Shown here: positions 43,426 through 56,084 of the stretch, one piece after another
How the letters are laid out: each line of letters begins with the position of its first letter
How positions within the stretch are numbered: position 1 is the first letter of the stretch
Position numbers and translations under genes: made by a program
Source: Ranitomeya imitator
Lineage: Eukaryota
DNA: 64,000 nt
NCBI RefSeq assembly: GCF_032444005.1
Contig: NC_091283.1
Span: 43,028,001-43,092,000, forward strand
Reading direction: 5' to 3'
Notes under the pieces: model-generated
What the model was told of the DNA's origin: nothing
Database searches by the model: none
The model's input: only the letters and a program-made list of their open reading frames with translations

Positions 43426-46040
43426 TTAAATTTTACATATTGATAGGTTAGGAAAACTAAGTCAAGTATGGCCGATGAGACGGCAACACCGCAGAAGCTA
43501 TTTTTATGGCTTAGTGTATTATGTTAGGATTGTCCAACTTTTGGGACAATTTTATTTAACTTTTTTTTACTTAAATGTGTGTGTTTGAAGCTAAAAAAAA
43601 CAAACATTTTTTTCAATTGGATTTCATTAAAAATGTTATCTTCTATAGCCTTTATGTAATATTGTCTATTGCTGGCTGGAGAATGAGTTAACTGACATTC
43701 CATCAGTGAGCTCATTCTTATGATCTTATGGTAGCGTTTTTTAACTTTTTTTTGCTTTTCTCTGAGTTCCTCTCAGTGTATTTTATGACCACAGTCCACA
43801 TCAAAGTTGGATATTGCTGTTGGCTTTTGTATACCATCACATTCAACTTTCCCGTGATCATAAATCAGTTGAGAGGAGCTCGGTAAAACAAAGGTAAAAG
43901 CGCTATAAACTCTCTCATCGGACCGTCAGAACGAGCTCACTGATGCATTCCCAGTTAGCTCATCCTGCAGCCAGCAATTCAATAGCTTTAAAAAGAAATA
44001 GTGCAACAATATTAATGAAACCCAACTGCAAACATTATTTTAGCCCCAAGTACATGCATTTAAGCACAAATAAAAATATGTTCACAAAGGTGAATATCCC
44101 TTTTAAATAACATTTATTGGAGAGCGCAGCAGCAGATGTCTGACCTAAAAGGGGTTGTCTAGGGTAAAAAAAAAAATCCAATTTGATATAATTTGCTAGA
44201 TAATTCTGAGTTAATAGTGTTGGGTTTGATCCTCGTCTCATGACCAGAATTGTTACAGCGAGTGTCTTTGCCTCTGGAGGACCCGTCCTGTCCGCCATTA
44301 CACAGGGCACACATAGACTTGAATATACACTGTGTAATGTTTCATTTGGCCACCGGAGGTGCTGCAGGGAAATGAAAAACTTACAATTAGCTGTTTTCAC
44401 AAAAGCCAAAGCTGGAGAAGACTTTGTTGTCTCCTTAAAGGGATCCTTCTAACACCTACAAATTTACCTAAGTGGAAAACCCCTTTGATTGCTGCCATTA
44501 TTTAAAGGGATCTCATATTTGCTTCTCCTTCATTCGCGGCTCTGTTCTTCGTCCCCTGCACTTTGTAATGTTTATTTTTCCAGTGGCCTATGATGTGTGT
44601 TATTTCACTCTACTACACTTTATAGCGCCCACACCAGACCGTAAGGTGAACTGTCTGTACTGTGTTCTGTTTTATGAGTCTGGTCCGTCCCTGTAACTGC
44701 TCCTTATCTACATCACACCCTTATCTGTTTACCTTGCCCTATTCTTCTCCTTTCCCAGCCTGGACACCGCCCTTTTCACTTTGTCCTTCACTTTAAACAC
44801 TTGATTCTCCGAACCTATGTAACAGCGTCTTCCCGCTCCCTTGGAAAAAAATTTTTTACGTTCATCACAACAAACTTTTTCTGATGATTGGTCTATGGTT
44901 AATTGGGTTCTGATAATGTCATCTGGACCAGGCATTGTTAACCCCCCCCAAAAAATGGATATAAATTTATGCCAGCAAAGAAAACCCCTCCATAAAACTA
45001 TTTCCCCGACCCCTAAAAGACATAAGGAGGAGAAGGGAGAAGAAGAGATGAGCGGATTTTCTAAAATTCATTTTGGCCCAAAAATTCTAGCAGACAAAAT
45101 CAAAGCCTCTAATTGCCACAAATGTGTAACACTCTGAGGTCTCCTAGGACTGAAACCAAACCCTTTAAAGCTCTTTAACGCATAGACAGTAATAGTAATG
45201 TCAAAGTGACCTAAACATATTCACTTTCCACCCTTAGACATCAGGTAACCTCCCATATCCAATGAAATCGGTAGGTTTGGGTAGCAACAAGTACCATTGG
45301 ATTGTCTTCTCCTGGACTTTTGGGGTACATTATTGCGTCTTGGCCAAGCGGAAGAACCTCTAGCATGCTGGCGGGCCAGTCTAGGCCTACAGCCATGTGG
45401 TGACATTATCAGGTCAACTGAGGGTGGACATAACACTGGGGCAAAGATGTAAGGGGGCCCACTTTCATCTCCAGAAGCGGTAAGTAGCTTCTTCCACAGA
45501 CACATTTTTGGACTGTTGTGTTTTTGCACTGTGGTCCTCTTCTGTCTGTGTCCACTCCTGAGATCAACTATATTTTTGCACATATCCTATGACCTGATCA
45601 ATGATGACTTCCCTATTTCTCCTGTTGCTTTAGTACTATTGACTGTTACCTTCTTGTCCGAATTAATTCTAAACCCATTTATCATTATTTCCCTCCCGTT
45701 TGTCATCTCCTTCCTAATTACTATGTCAACACTTCCACTTCTCGACTCTTCTCGACAGAACACATGGGGTTAAAACAAACTTTTATGTTCCCCAATATTG
45801 AGGCTTCATGCATGAAGTGTAGAACCACAGGCATCTTGTATGGTCCATGTGTAGACAAATCGTTGGTTTTCTTTCCATTTATAATCCATTTATAGTCATC
45901 AAGGTTCTGCCTCACACCCCAACGTTGGCACATAGTTGGGTATATCGGAATTGATATCACAATTTCTTGACATCAGTCAAGATTTTTTTCACGTGAGTTT
46001 TGCGAAACTAAACTTTTTTTTGCATTAATTGTGCCCATAG

Positions 46041-46780
46041 AAAAGTCGCATCTCCATGCAGAAAGAGACACTATGGAAGAAGAAGAACTTAAAAAGAGAG
46101 CCAATGAGCCTCCAGTTCCTCCATCCAAAAAAGCCGAGGAGTCAAAAAGGGGATCTTCAAGTGAGGAATCCAAAGAGTTTGAGAAAATAGAGAAGGTGCA
46201 TGTGAAAGAGAAGGAACATGGGGAACATGGTGGCACTTCTGCTGAGGACAAGGTTAACGAGCTGCTGGAAGAAGAGGAAAAAAGGAATGCCCAAAATAAG
46301 AGAAGTGGAGATATGATGAAAAAAGATGGAAAAGAAGTCAAGAGTGACATGGCTGCCAGAAAAGATAAAAAACACTTTAGCGACGAGAGTGATGAAGAAA
46401 ACTCAGAGGAACATGAGCATGAGAGGGGCTACCATGGGAACAAAGATGGGTGGTACCACAGGAACCATGAAGGATGGGAAGAAAGAAAAAGGGTGGCAGA
46501 AGACCCCAGTCAGGAAGAAACAGCCCAGTTTGAGTCTGAAGACCGAGGCTTGAAATACTTCAACGCCAAAACCCATATGCATGGCTATCATGGGGAAGAC
46601 AAGAGGCATATCCACCACCCAGAAGAAGGCGAAATGGAAAGGGAGAGGTCCTATTATGACCAAGGGGAAGGTGAGATGGGAAGAGAGAGGCATCATTATA
46701 ATGGAAACCATGACCACAGAGAGGAAGAAGAGGAGAGGGAGTTGGAGGAGATGGAAGAACGTGAAGAACACAGGGCTAAG
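46041..46780 (+). CDS. ccer2: ccer2/granin exon 5 (large acidic exon)
   Basis: 740 nt, phase 1 to phase 0; Glu-rich with many KR/KK/RK sites; RKRVAEDPSQEETAQFESEDRG matches the recalled CCER2 motif [21 protein letters not shown]; donor GTAAGA at 46781. Confidence 0.9.
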
Positions 46781-47214
46781 GTAAGAAGAGGAGGACATTC
46801 ATCTCATGATGACATCACTAGGTTGTATTGTCCAATGTTTATGGTTGCCACTATCCCAATAAACCACTGTCCCATAACCAATTGCCATTTACACTGGCAG
46901 GCTAGTGCAAGTAGAAAAGATTGTATTGTCCAATGGCGAGTACTGATATTTTTGATTACCAGTGGAGTGAAGTAATTGTTAATTGATATTCTGAATTTCT
47001 GATCTGACTCTCCTGCTTTGCCAGACCGGCCAGTCCTGGGTATTTCAGCAGCGTCAGGACTAAGTCAAGAGTGGGAGCGGCGGTGGTGAGAGTTTGCAGA
47101 GAGCCAGAGACAATAATATCCAGCAACTGTGAATGTGTTCCTTGCCAACATGGCTGCACAACCCCAAAGTCAGAGCTTAGATCAGAGGAGAAGTACCTGA
47201 ATTACAGAGAGTTA

Positions 47215-47431
47215 GGGTATGTGTCCACGTTCAGGATTGCATCAGGATTTGGTCAGGATTTTATGTCAGTATTTGTAAGCCAAAACCAGGAGTGGGTGAT
47301 AAATGCAGAAGTGGTGCATATGTTTCTATTATACTTTTCCTCTATTTGTTCCACTCCTGGTTTTGGCTTACAAATACTGACATAAAATCCTGACCAAATC
47401 CTGATGCAATCCTGAACGTGGACACATACCC
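47215..47431. mobile_element. PIF/Harbinger-type palindromic MITE
   Basis: TTA|gggtatgtgtccacgttcagg ... cctgaacgtggacacataccc|TTA; near-perfect palindrome. Confidence 0.85.
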
Positions 47432-48519
47432 TTAATGTCTGACTCACTCCAAGGATGCCCATAAGCTCGGCCCATTGTCTATTCAGTAGAGTAAGGGGAG
47501 TAAAAGTCACCTCCAGACCCCTCTTGCGGCGGCTAAGAAAGAACAAAAGGATCGAGCATTGAAGGCCAACATGTCCGATCCTTCTTCCCCTCAAAATCAT
47601 CTAAGAATATTTGGGAGTCCCCCCCAAAGCCGTCTGGTTTAGCTACAATTGATCAGTTTGGCTTACTTTGCTCCAACGTGTTGGAACAGCACAAACTTTT
47701 TTTAAATTTTTATTTTCTTAATAATTTTGTCCAGCATGGAAAGTTAAGAAAATTTGCAAATCACTTTATTTGGGAATTTGTCTTAACCCCTGTAGGAGCA
47801 TGAGTACGTTCTGATATCAATGAAGCTGAAGACCGGAAAATAGACTGGAGAAAAGCGGGGAGTGCAAGACAAGTACATGCAATATTTTGTTTTTACAGGA
47901 AAGAGCGCAAATCCCCTAATAAAGTGATTTGCAAAGTTTCATAAGTTTCCATCCCAAACAAAATAATACAAAAAAAACCTATCCTGTTTTTTTTTTTAGT
48001 AAAAAGTTCTGGTAACCCTAGACACGATGGGCGACACCTACTCTGTAGTATAATGGTGATTAATATGGGGAATAGATTACTGTGTGATTTATACTGTATT
48101 TGCGCTTTTTTTTTCACATTTATAATCTAAAAGAGTAGATAATTAGAAATACTACTCTCTAGAGCAGAGGTGTCACACTCAAGGCCAGTGGGCCGAAACC
48201 GACCTGCCATGTCATTCTCTGTGGCCCGCGAGGTCAGGACACAGAAGGACGGGCTTTCCACTTTCTCCTGTATGGAGAGCCGGTCAGAGCAGTGTTGAAG
48301 TCTGCGCTGTAACTCAAAATCTAAGATGGCAGCCATGTCCTGTGCCGGCTATGCCCTCATCCACTAAGTACTGGCTGCCTTCTACATTGACACAGCCAAT
48401 GTCTAGCAAAGGCTTGGAGGCAGCTGGCACAGGGGGCTTATGCGATGCAGCCAGCAGTAAAAAGATGGGTGGCACCAGCACAACGAGTAGGTGTCATCTT
48501 TGTGAGTGATCAATGCATG

Positions 48520-51200
48520 TAGTGATAGCAGTCAGCCAGAACAAACAGTGATAATAGACAGTAATAGCAGTCAGCCAGCACAAATGGTGAATGCGGTGAT
48601 AGCAGTCAGCCAACACAAATGGTAATCATAGTGATAGCAGTCAGCCTGCACAAACTGTGATCGTAGTGATAGCAGTCAGCCAGCACAAACGGGGAATGTG
48701 GTGATAGCAGTCAGCCAGCACAAACGGGGAATGTGGTGATAGCAGTCAGCCAGCACAAACGGTGATCGTAGTGATAGCAGTCAGCCTACACAAATGGTGA
48801 ATGCGGTGATAGCAGACAGCTAGCGCAAATGGTGGTCGTAGTGATAGCAGTTAGCCAGCACAAAAGGTGAACATGGTGATATCAGTCAGCCAGCACAAAC
48901 GGTGATCGTAGTGATAGCAGTCAGCTTGCACAAACGGTGATTGTGGTGATAGCAGTCAGCCTGCACAAACGGTGATCGTAGTGATAGCAGTCAGCCTGCA
49001 CAAACGGTGATTGTGGTGATAGCAGTCAGCCTGCACAAACGGTGATCGTAGTGATAGCAGTCAGCCTGCACAAACGGTGATTGTGGTGATAGCAGTCAGC
49101 CTGCACAAACGGTGATCGTAGTGATAGCAGTCAGCCTGCACAAACGGTGATTGTGGTGATAGCAGTCAGCCTGCACAAACGGTGATCATAGTGATAGCAG
49201 TCAGCCAGCACAAACGGTGATCGTAGTGATAGCAGTCAGCCAGCACAAACGGTGATCGTAGTAATAGCAGTCAGCCTGCACAAATGGTGAATGCGGTGAT
49301 AGCAGTCAGCCTGCACAAACGGTGATCGTAGTAATAGCAGTCAGCTTGCACAAACAGTGATTGTGGTGATAGCAGTCAGCCTGCACAAATGGTGATCATA
49401 GTAATAGAAGTCAGCCAGCACAAATGGTGATCGTAGTGATAGCAGTCAGCCAGCACAAACGGTGATCGTAGTGATAGCAGTCAGCCAGCACAAATGGTGA
49501 TCGTAGTGATAGCAGTCAGCCTGCACAATCGGTGAATGTGGTGATAGCAGTCAGCCAGCACAAACGGTGATCGTAGTGATAGCAGTCAGCCAGCACAAAG
49601 GGTGATCGTAGTGATAGCAGTCAGCCAGCACAAAGGGTGAACATGATGATAGCAGTCAGCCTGCACAAACGGTGATCGTAGTGATAGCAGTCAGCCAGCA
49701 CAAAGGGTGAACATGGTGATAGCAGTCAGCCTGCACAAACGGTGATCGTAGTGATAGAAGTCAGCCTGCACAAATGGTGACTGTGGTGATAGCAGTCAGC
49801 CAGCACAAATGGTGATCGTAGTGATAGCAGTCAGCCAGCACAAACGGTGATCGTAGTGATAGTAGTCAGCCAGCACAAATGGTGATCGCAGTGCTAGCAG
49901 TCAGCCAGCACAAATGGTGATCGTAGTGATAGCAGTCAGCCTGCACAAACGGTGAATGTGGTGATAGCAGTCAGCCAGCACAAATGGTAATTGTAGTGAT
50001 AGCAGTCAGCCAGCACAAATGATAATCGTAGTGATAGCAGTCAGCCTGCACAAACGGTGATCGTAGTGATAGCAGTCAGCTAGCACAAAGGGTGAACATG
50101 TTGATAGCAGTCAGCCTGCACAAATGGTGATCGTAGTGATAGCAGTCAGCCAGCACAAAGGGTGATCGTAGTGATAGCAGTCAGCCAGCACAAATGATAA
50201 TCGTAGTGATAGCAGTCAGCCAGCACAAATGGTAATCGCAGTGATAGTAGTCAGCCAGCACAAATGGTGATCGCAGTGCTAGCAGTCAGCCAGCACAAAT
50301 GGTGATCGTAGTGATAGCAGTCAGCCTGCACAAACGGTGAATGTGGTGATAGCAGTCAGCCTGCACAAACGGTGATCGTAGTGATAGCAGTCAGCCAGCA
50401 CAAATGGTAATTGTAGTGATAGCAGTCAGCCAGCACAAATGATAATCGTAGTGATAGCAGTCAGCCAGCACAAAGGGTGAACATGGTGATAGCAGTCAGC
50501 CTGCATAAACGGTGATCGTAGTGATAGCAGTCAGCCAGCACAAAGGGTGAACATGGTGATAGCAGTCAGCCTGCACAAATGGTGATCGTAGTGATAGCAG
50601 TCAGCCAGCACAAACGGTGATCATAGTGATAGCAGTCAGCCAGCACAAAGGGTGATCGTAGTGATAGCAGTCAGCCAGCACAAAGGGTGAACATGGTGAT
50701 AGCAGTCAGCCTGCACAAACGGTGATCATAGTGATAGAACTCAGCCTGCACAAATGGTGAATGTGGTGATAGCAGTCAGCCTGCACAAATGGTGATCGTA
50801 GTGATAGCAGTCAGCAACACAAAGGGTGATCGTAGTGATAGCAGTCAGCCAGCACAAAGGGTGAACATGGTGATAGCAGTCAGCCAGCACAAAGGGTGAA
50901 CATGGTGATAGCAGTCAGCCAGCACAAATGGTGATCGTAGTGATAGCAGTCAGCCTGCACAAACGGTGAATGTGGTGATAGCAGTCAGCCAGCACAAATG
51001 GTAATTGTAGTGATAGCAGTCAGCCAGCACAAATGATAATCGCAGTGATAGTAGTCAGCCAGCACAAATGGTGATCGCAGTGCTAGCAGGCAGCCTGCAC
51101 AAACAGTGATCGCAACTAGTCAGCCAGCACAAACGGTAATCAAAGTGATACCAGTCAGACAGCACAAACGGTGAACGCAGTGATAGCAGTCAGCCTGCAC
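48520..51200. repeat. 35-bp minisatellite, ~75 copies
   Basis: gtgatagcagtcagccagcacaaacggtgatcgta; alternating 70-bp higher-order run at 48900-49190. Confidence 0.95.
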
Positions 51201-51284
51201 TTTTGTGTGGTTCTATCTTTGACTCAAAGCAGATGCAGCCAGTACTTAGCATAGGGAACAGTCCATCTGGGACTGAGGTCTGGA

Positions 51285-52790
51285 ACAGCTCTCTTAGCCC
51301 TACCACCCAAGGACAGCTCTCTTAGCCTTACTATACAGGGACAGCTCTCTTATAGCTCTACTACCCAGGCACAGCTCGCTTATGCCTACTACCCAGGGAC
51401 AACTTTCTTAGCCCTACTACCCAGGGACAGTGAGCTTAGCCCTACTACCCAAGGCAACTCTCTTATAGCTCTAGGCACAGCTTTCTTATAGCCCTACTTC
51501 CCAGGGACAGATCTCTTAGGCTACGTTCACATTGGCGTTCCGCCAATGTGCGTCGCTGTTGCGTCGGCGACGCAGCGGCGACGCGCCCCTATGTTTAACA
51601 TAGGGGACGCGTGCGTTTTTTTGGTGGCGTTTTTCGACACGTGCGTCGTTTCCGACGCTAGCGTCGGACGCAAGAAAATGCAACAAGTTGCATTTTTTGT
51701 GCGTCCGATTTTCGTCAAAAAACGACGCACGCGTCGCAAAACGCAGCGTTTTTGCGCGCGTTTTTTGTGCGTCGTGCGTTGCGTCGCCGACGCACCGGCG
51801 CGCAACGCTAATGTGAACGTAGCCTTATTCCTACTACCCAGGGCCAGTTCTCTTAGCCCCACTACCCAGAGACAGCTCTCTTAGCCCCACTACCCAGGGA
51901 CAGCTCTCTTAGCCCCACTACCCATGGACAGCTCTCTTAGCCCTACTACCCAGGGACAGCTCTCTTAGCCCTACTAACCAGGGACAGCTCTCTTAGCCCC
52001 ACTAACCAGGGACAGCTCTCTTAGCCCACTACCCAGGGACAGCTCTCTTAGCCCTACTAACCAGGGACAGCTCTCTTATCCCCACTACCCAGGGACAGCT
52101 CTCTTAGCCCTACTACCCAGGGACAGCTCTCTTAGCCCCACTAACCAGGGACAGCTCTCTTAGCCCCACTAACCAGGGACAGCTCTCTTAGCCCCACTAC
52201 CCAGGGACAGCTCTCTTAGCCCCACTAACCAGGGACAGCTCTCTTAGCCCCACTAACCAGGGACAGCTCTCTTATCCCCACTACCCAGGGACAGCTCTCT
52301 TAGCCCCACTACCCGGGGACAGCTCTCTTAGCCCCACTACCCAGGGACAGCTCTCTTAGCCCCACTACCCAGGGACAGCTCTCTTAGCCCCACTACCCAG
52401 GGACAGCTCTCTTAGCCCCACTACCCAGGGACAGCTCTCTTAGCCCTACTAACCAGGGACAGCTCTCTTATCCCCACTACCCAGGGACAGCTCTCTTAGC
52501 CCCACTAACCAGGGACAGCTCTCTTAGCCCTACTAACCAGGGACAGCTCTCTTATCCCCACTACCCAGGGACAGCTCTCTTAGCCCTACTACCCAGGGAC
52601 AGCTCTTAGCCCCACTACCCAGGGACAGCTCTTAGCCCCACTACCCAGGGACAGCTCTCTTAGCCCCACTATCCAGAAACTGCTCTCTTATTCCCACTAC
52701 CCAGGGACAGCTCTCTTATCCTTACTACCTAGAAACTGCTCTCTTATCCCTACTACCCAGAGACAGCTCTCTTATAGCCACTGGCCAGTC
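51285..52790. repeat. 28-bp minisatellite, ~40 copies
   Basis: ttagccccactacccagggacagctctc. Confidence 0.95.
51519..51824. mobile_element. CpG-rich PIF/Harbinger-type MITE inserted in the 28-bp array
   Basis: TTA|ggctacgttcacatt ... aatgtgaacgtagcc|TTA. Confidence 0.88.
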
Positions 52791-53537
52791 AGTGCATTGC
52801 ATGAGCCCTTACAATTACAACTGGAATTTCCAAGGCAACCATAACATGGATGTGACCCTTGGTGAAAATGAGTTTGACATCGCTGCTCTAGAGGATCTGT
52901 TCTCCTTGTGAGTTTAGGTTTATTACAGGGCCATGATAAAAGTAATATCATTGCTGGTATATTTGTGTGTGTTTGCTATCATCCTGTTTTATGACGGATG
53001 GACTTTAGTAATTTTACCGTAATAAGAACACTGACACCAATAAAACCACTTATCACAGACACTTTGTCCTCTGAATTCTAAACTCTACAGTCAGCTAGCT
53101 ACAGATTAGGAGAGCGTAGGTGCCAATACACATTAGTGTAACTGATGCCGGGGTGAAAGAAGGATCGGGCATAATATGACTGCTTGATTCCTTAGTTCTC
53201 AGGGGAGATAAGCTGCTATCAGAGCTGTCCGGCAGCGTTTTATACCTTTTGCCTCCCAGCTGGCCTGAGCATTAGGGGAATAACTGTCGGTCAAGTGGAC
53301 AATTAGGGTTAAGCTTTATCATTGTGGCCATGTTCTATGTACTATGTTCGGGTAGGGACCTAATGGGATGAGGTCGCCGTGATTCTGTCAGGCATTTGTT
53401 TTTGGGTAGATCTGAATTCGATGTTCAAACGTGAATAAAGTCTAATAGATGTAAAAAAAATATTGTAAAAAGTTGTTTTTTTTAACATGTAAAATCTAAT
53501 TAATGCTGTTCATTTATATTTTGTGTGTGTGTTTAAG

Positions 53538-53612
53538 GAAAGGGACTTCCATCAGGTGGAGGAAGAGCTAAGAAAGGCGGCAGAACGACTGCAAGAACTT
53601 CACCGGGGTTAA
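53538..53612 (+). CDS. ccer2: ccer2/granin exon 6 (last coding)
   Basis: ERDFHQVEEELRKAAERLQELHRG*; compare the CHGA C-terminus IEAELEKVAHQLQALRRG*. Confidence 0.88.
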   Translation, partial: ERDFHQVEEELRKAAERLQELHRG

Positions 53613-54317
53613 GAAGAAGAAGAGTAGGCCTCAAACTTCTGTCTTCCAGGCTATAATCTGCCAACGCTTTGCACGTGTTCTTGTACCCTGTATATACACA
53701 ATTCTTCCACAGTTGGCTTGGGCCTGTGCTTTCGTGGCTGTTTTATAAAGTAAAGTTTTGGCCTGATAGTACTCTCAGAACAGATCCTGGCTTCAGAGTC
53801 ACCAAGATTATACATATGTCCACAGGTACCTCGAAAAGACAAAAAAAAAAAAATCGCAAGAGATTGGAATTACCCGGTTGTTTGAATGTCAATAATAATA
53901 TTAATGTTCTCTTTCATCTTCTCTATCTTACATTGTTGTTTTTGAAATGTTTTGTTCATTAATTAAATTACAATCAGCTCTACAGAAGCAATGTTAGGGG
54001 TATACAGAAGCAGAAGATCCTGGTCAGTACGGGAGATTTCTACAAGACTACGTCTTCTTTTGATCACAGTCTTTTTAGTGTCTGTCTAATGGTAATTTTC
54101 ATGTTCTGCTGTGAGATCCGAATTAAAAATGGCAAATTCAGGGTATAAGCCTACGTAAACTTTGGTTATTGGTGGTAGTCTTTATTTCTAAAGGTTTCTC
54201 TGGTTGTCTTCTCACGAGGCTCAGGTAGCAGTAGTCTCATTGTAATAACGAAAGGTTGTCCATGTCAAGGTTTAATTTATTACAAGGTAAGGTCCATTGT
54301 TCTGGTTTTCTCCATCG

Positions 54318-54541
54318 TCACCAATCAGCCGAGACGGTTGGTGTACGCATCGTAAAGTAAGATGTGCTATTGACTTGTCTTTTACAAGGCTCCGGGAGAG
54401 ATCTAAGGTCCATCTTCCGATCTTCACGTGGTGGCATATCAGAGGAATCTTCAAAAGTTGATGGAGATTCTTTGTTGACTTTGAGGATTTTGTCTACATG
54501 TGACAGTAAAGCTGGGAAAAATTCAGGAACGCCTTCATAGC
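54318..54541 (-). CDS. itpk1: Inositol-tetrakisphosphate 1-kinase-like, last coding exon
   Basis: (G)YEGVPEFFPALLSHVDKIL...SADW*; 224 nt; probably a paralog (itpk1-like), so the symbol names the family. Confidence 0.88.
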
Positions 54542-54648
54542 CTAAAAATGAAGGGATTTATGGAATTCAAACCCTTAGATGGATGGAAATTACTTATATA
54601 TAGGGGATTCAGAATGTCTCTTATGGATGGAGTGCAAGAATAACTAAC

Positions 54649-54808
54649 CTGGAAAAGCATTGACGTCAATGACGGCACAACGACCACTCTGTGTGTCCAC
54701 GATTAAATCCACCCCAAAGAGAGACATCCCCAGAGCTTCCTGAAGACCCTGAACCACCTGTTTGACAACATCCTCTGATGGAGGAAGGACATCTGGATAT
54801 AGGGGTGT
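54649..54808 (-). CDS. itpk1: ITPK1-like exon
   Basis: TPLYPDVLPPSEDVVKQVVQGLQEALGMSLFGVDLIVDTQSGRCAVIDVNAFP, 160 nt. Confidence 0.93.
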
Positions 54809-55585
54809 CTGGAACCACGAAAGAAGACCATTAGGAAAATTCTAGCCAAAATATTGCCAAACATTTTACTAAATATACTTTAAGTAAAATATCTATATGT
54901 GACCACTAAAAATATGCAGCTACGGACATGGAGAGATACATTCATAAATTCATTAAAGGGGATGTTTAAAAATGACATTTATTACCCATCCGTAGGAAAG
55001 ATGAGAAACGTATAAATTCTGAGGGTCCGGCTGCTGAGATCCCATCTCCACAATTCGAAGGTTCAATGTGTAAATGCAGAGACAGTGAGCATGTGCGACC
55101 ACCCCTCCTATAGACAGGGGTCGCACATGCTCACTACTGCTCCATTCACACAGATAACTTTGGGACCGCCATTCTTGTGATTAGTGGGAGTCACAGCAGT
55201 CGGATCATAAATTTATGAACCTTTCTGGTGGATAAGGGACAACATCTTTCGTAAATCCATTTGGAGATCTGAAAGGGAGTTCCTTTACATGGACTTTGTA
55301 AAATTGCAGTATGAAAGGCACATGGAGGTACATAGATACATGTCACCTATCTGAGTGCTTTCAGACTACATAGTACAAGCATAATCATATCCTTCATAGC
55401 CTTTACTATACAAAACTAGTGGTGCGGCACAAGCTCGTAGCGGCACATATTCCTTCATACTACTGTGTGCATGATTATATCATCAGATCCTGCCTAGGCC
55501 CCCAAAATTTACAGGGTTACTAAATGGTGGAACACATTATAAGTACCATGTAAATGAAAAAGTAAGTGAAACCCCGTAGACTCAC

Positions 55586-55653
55586 TTGAGACAGGTGTGA
55601 ACAGGACTCTGCTTTGGAGACCTGATGGCTGTTAAAGTAGATTGTCGATTGGT
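55586..55653 (-). CDS. itpk1: ITPK1-like exon
   Basis: (D)QSTIYFNSHQVSKAESCSHLSQ, 68 nt. Confidence 0.92.
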
Positions 55654-55918
55654 CTGTAGGTAAAAAAAAAAAAATGTACAAAATGTATGAGAATATTGTA
55701 GGCCGGGTTACCTATGCTAGTATTGATTCTTCATTGATTGATTAACACCTACATTTCTATAACGTATGGGCATTTTAAAGTGCTAACAAATAGATAAAAA
55801 AATCAATATTTAATTAATTGTGCAATCAGTGTAAAAGTTAGTCATAAGTAAAACAGTCTGAAAAGGTTCCTGTATGCCATGACCAAAAGCTACAGATCAT
55901 ATACATGGATACACCGAC

Positions 55919-56084
55919 CTGCCTCCCCTATGGGAAAATCATGTATGGATGGCCTCTTGACGATAAAGTGCTGTGAACCCACAACAAAAATCTTGTAAAG
56001 TGTGGCACTGTGATTAATGAAGCTTTGGAGAAGACAAGGGGGCGTCACATCCTTTAGGCCCTTTTCATTGAATATCAAGGACAT
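55919..56084 (-). CDS. itpk1: ITPK1-like exon
   Basis: MSLIFNEKGLKDVTPPCLLQSFINHSATLYKIFVVGSQHFIVKRPSIHDFPIGEA, 166 nt. Confidence 0.94.

Larger units (their letters stand above)
48165..52885. mobile_element. Non-autonomous hAT (Charlie-like) inflated by two minisatellites
   Basis: 8-bp TSD CTCTAGAG (48157-48164, 52886-52893); 16-bp TIR cagaggtgtcacactc / gagtttgacatcgctg. Confidence 0.88.

Noticed and set aside
46781-46975. C-terminal part of the 314-aa track ORF 46031-46975
   Set aside because: Read-through into the intron past the GTAAGA donor at 46781.
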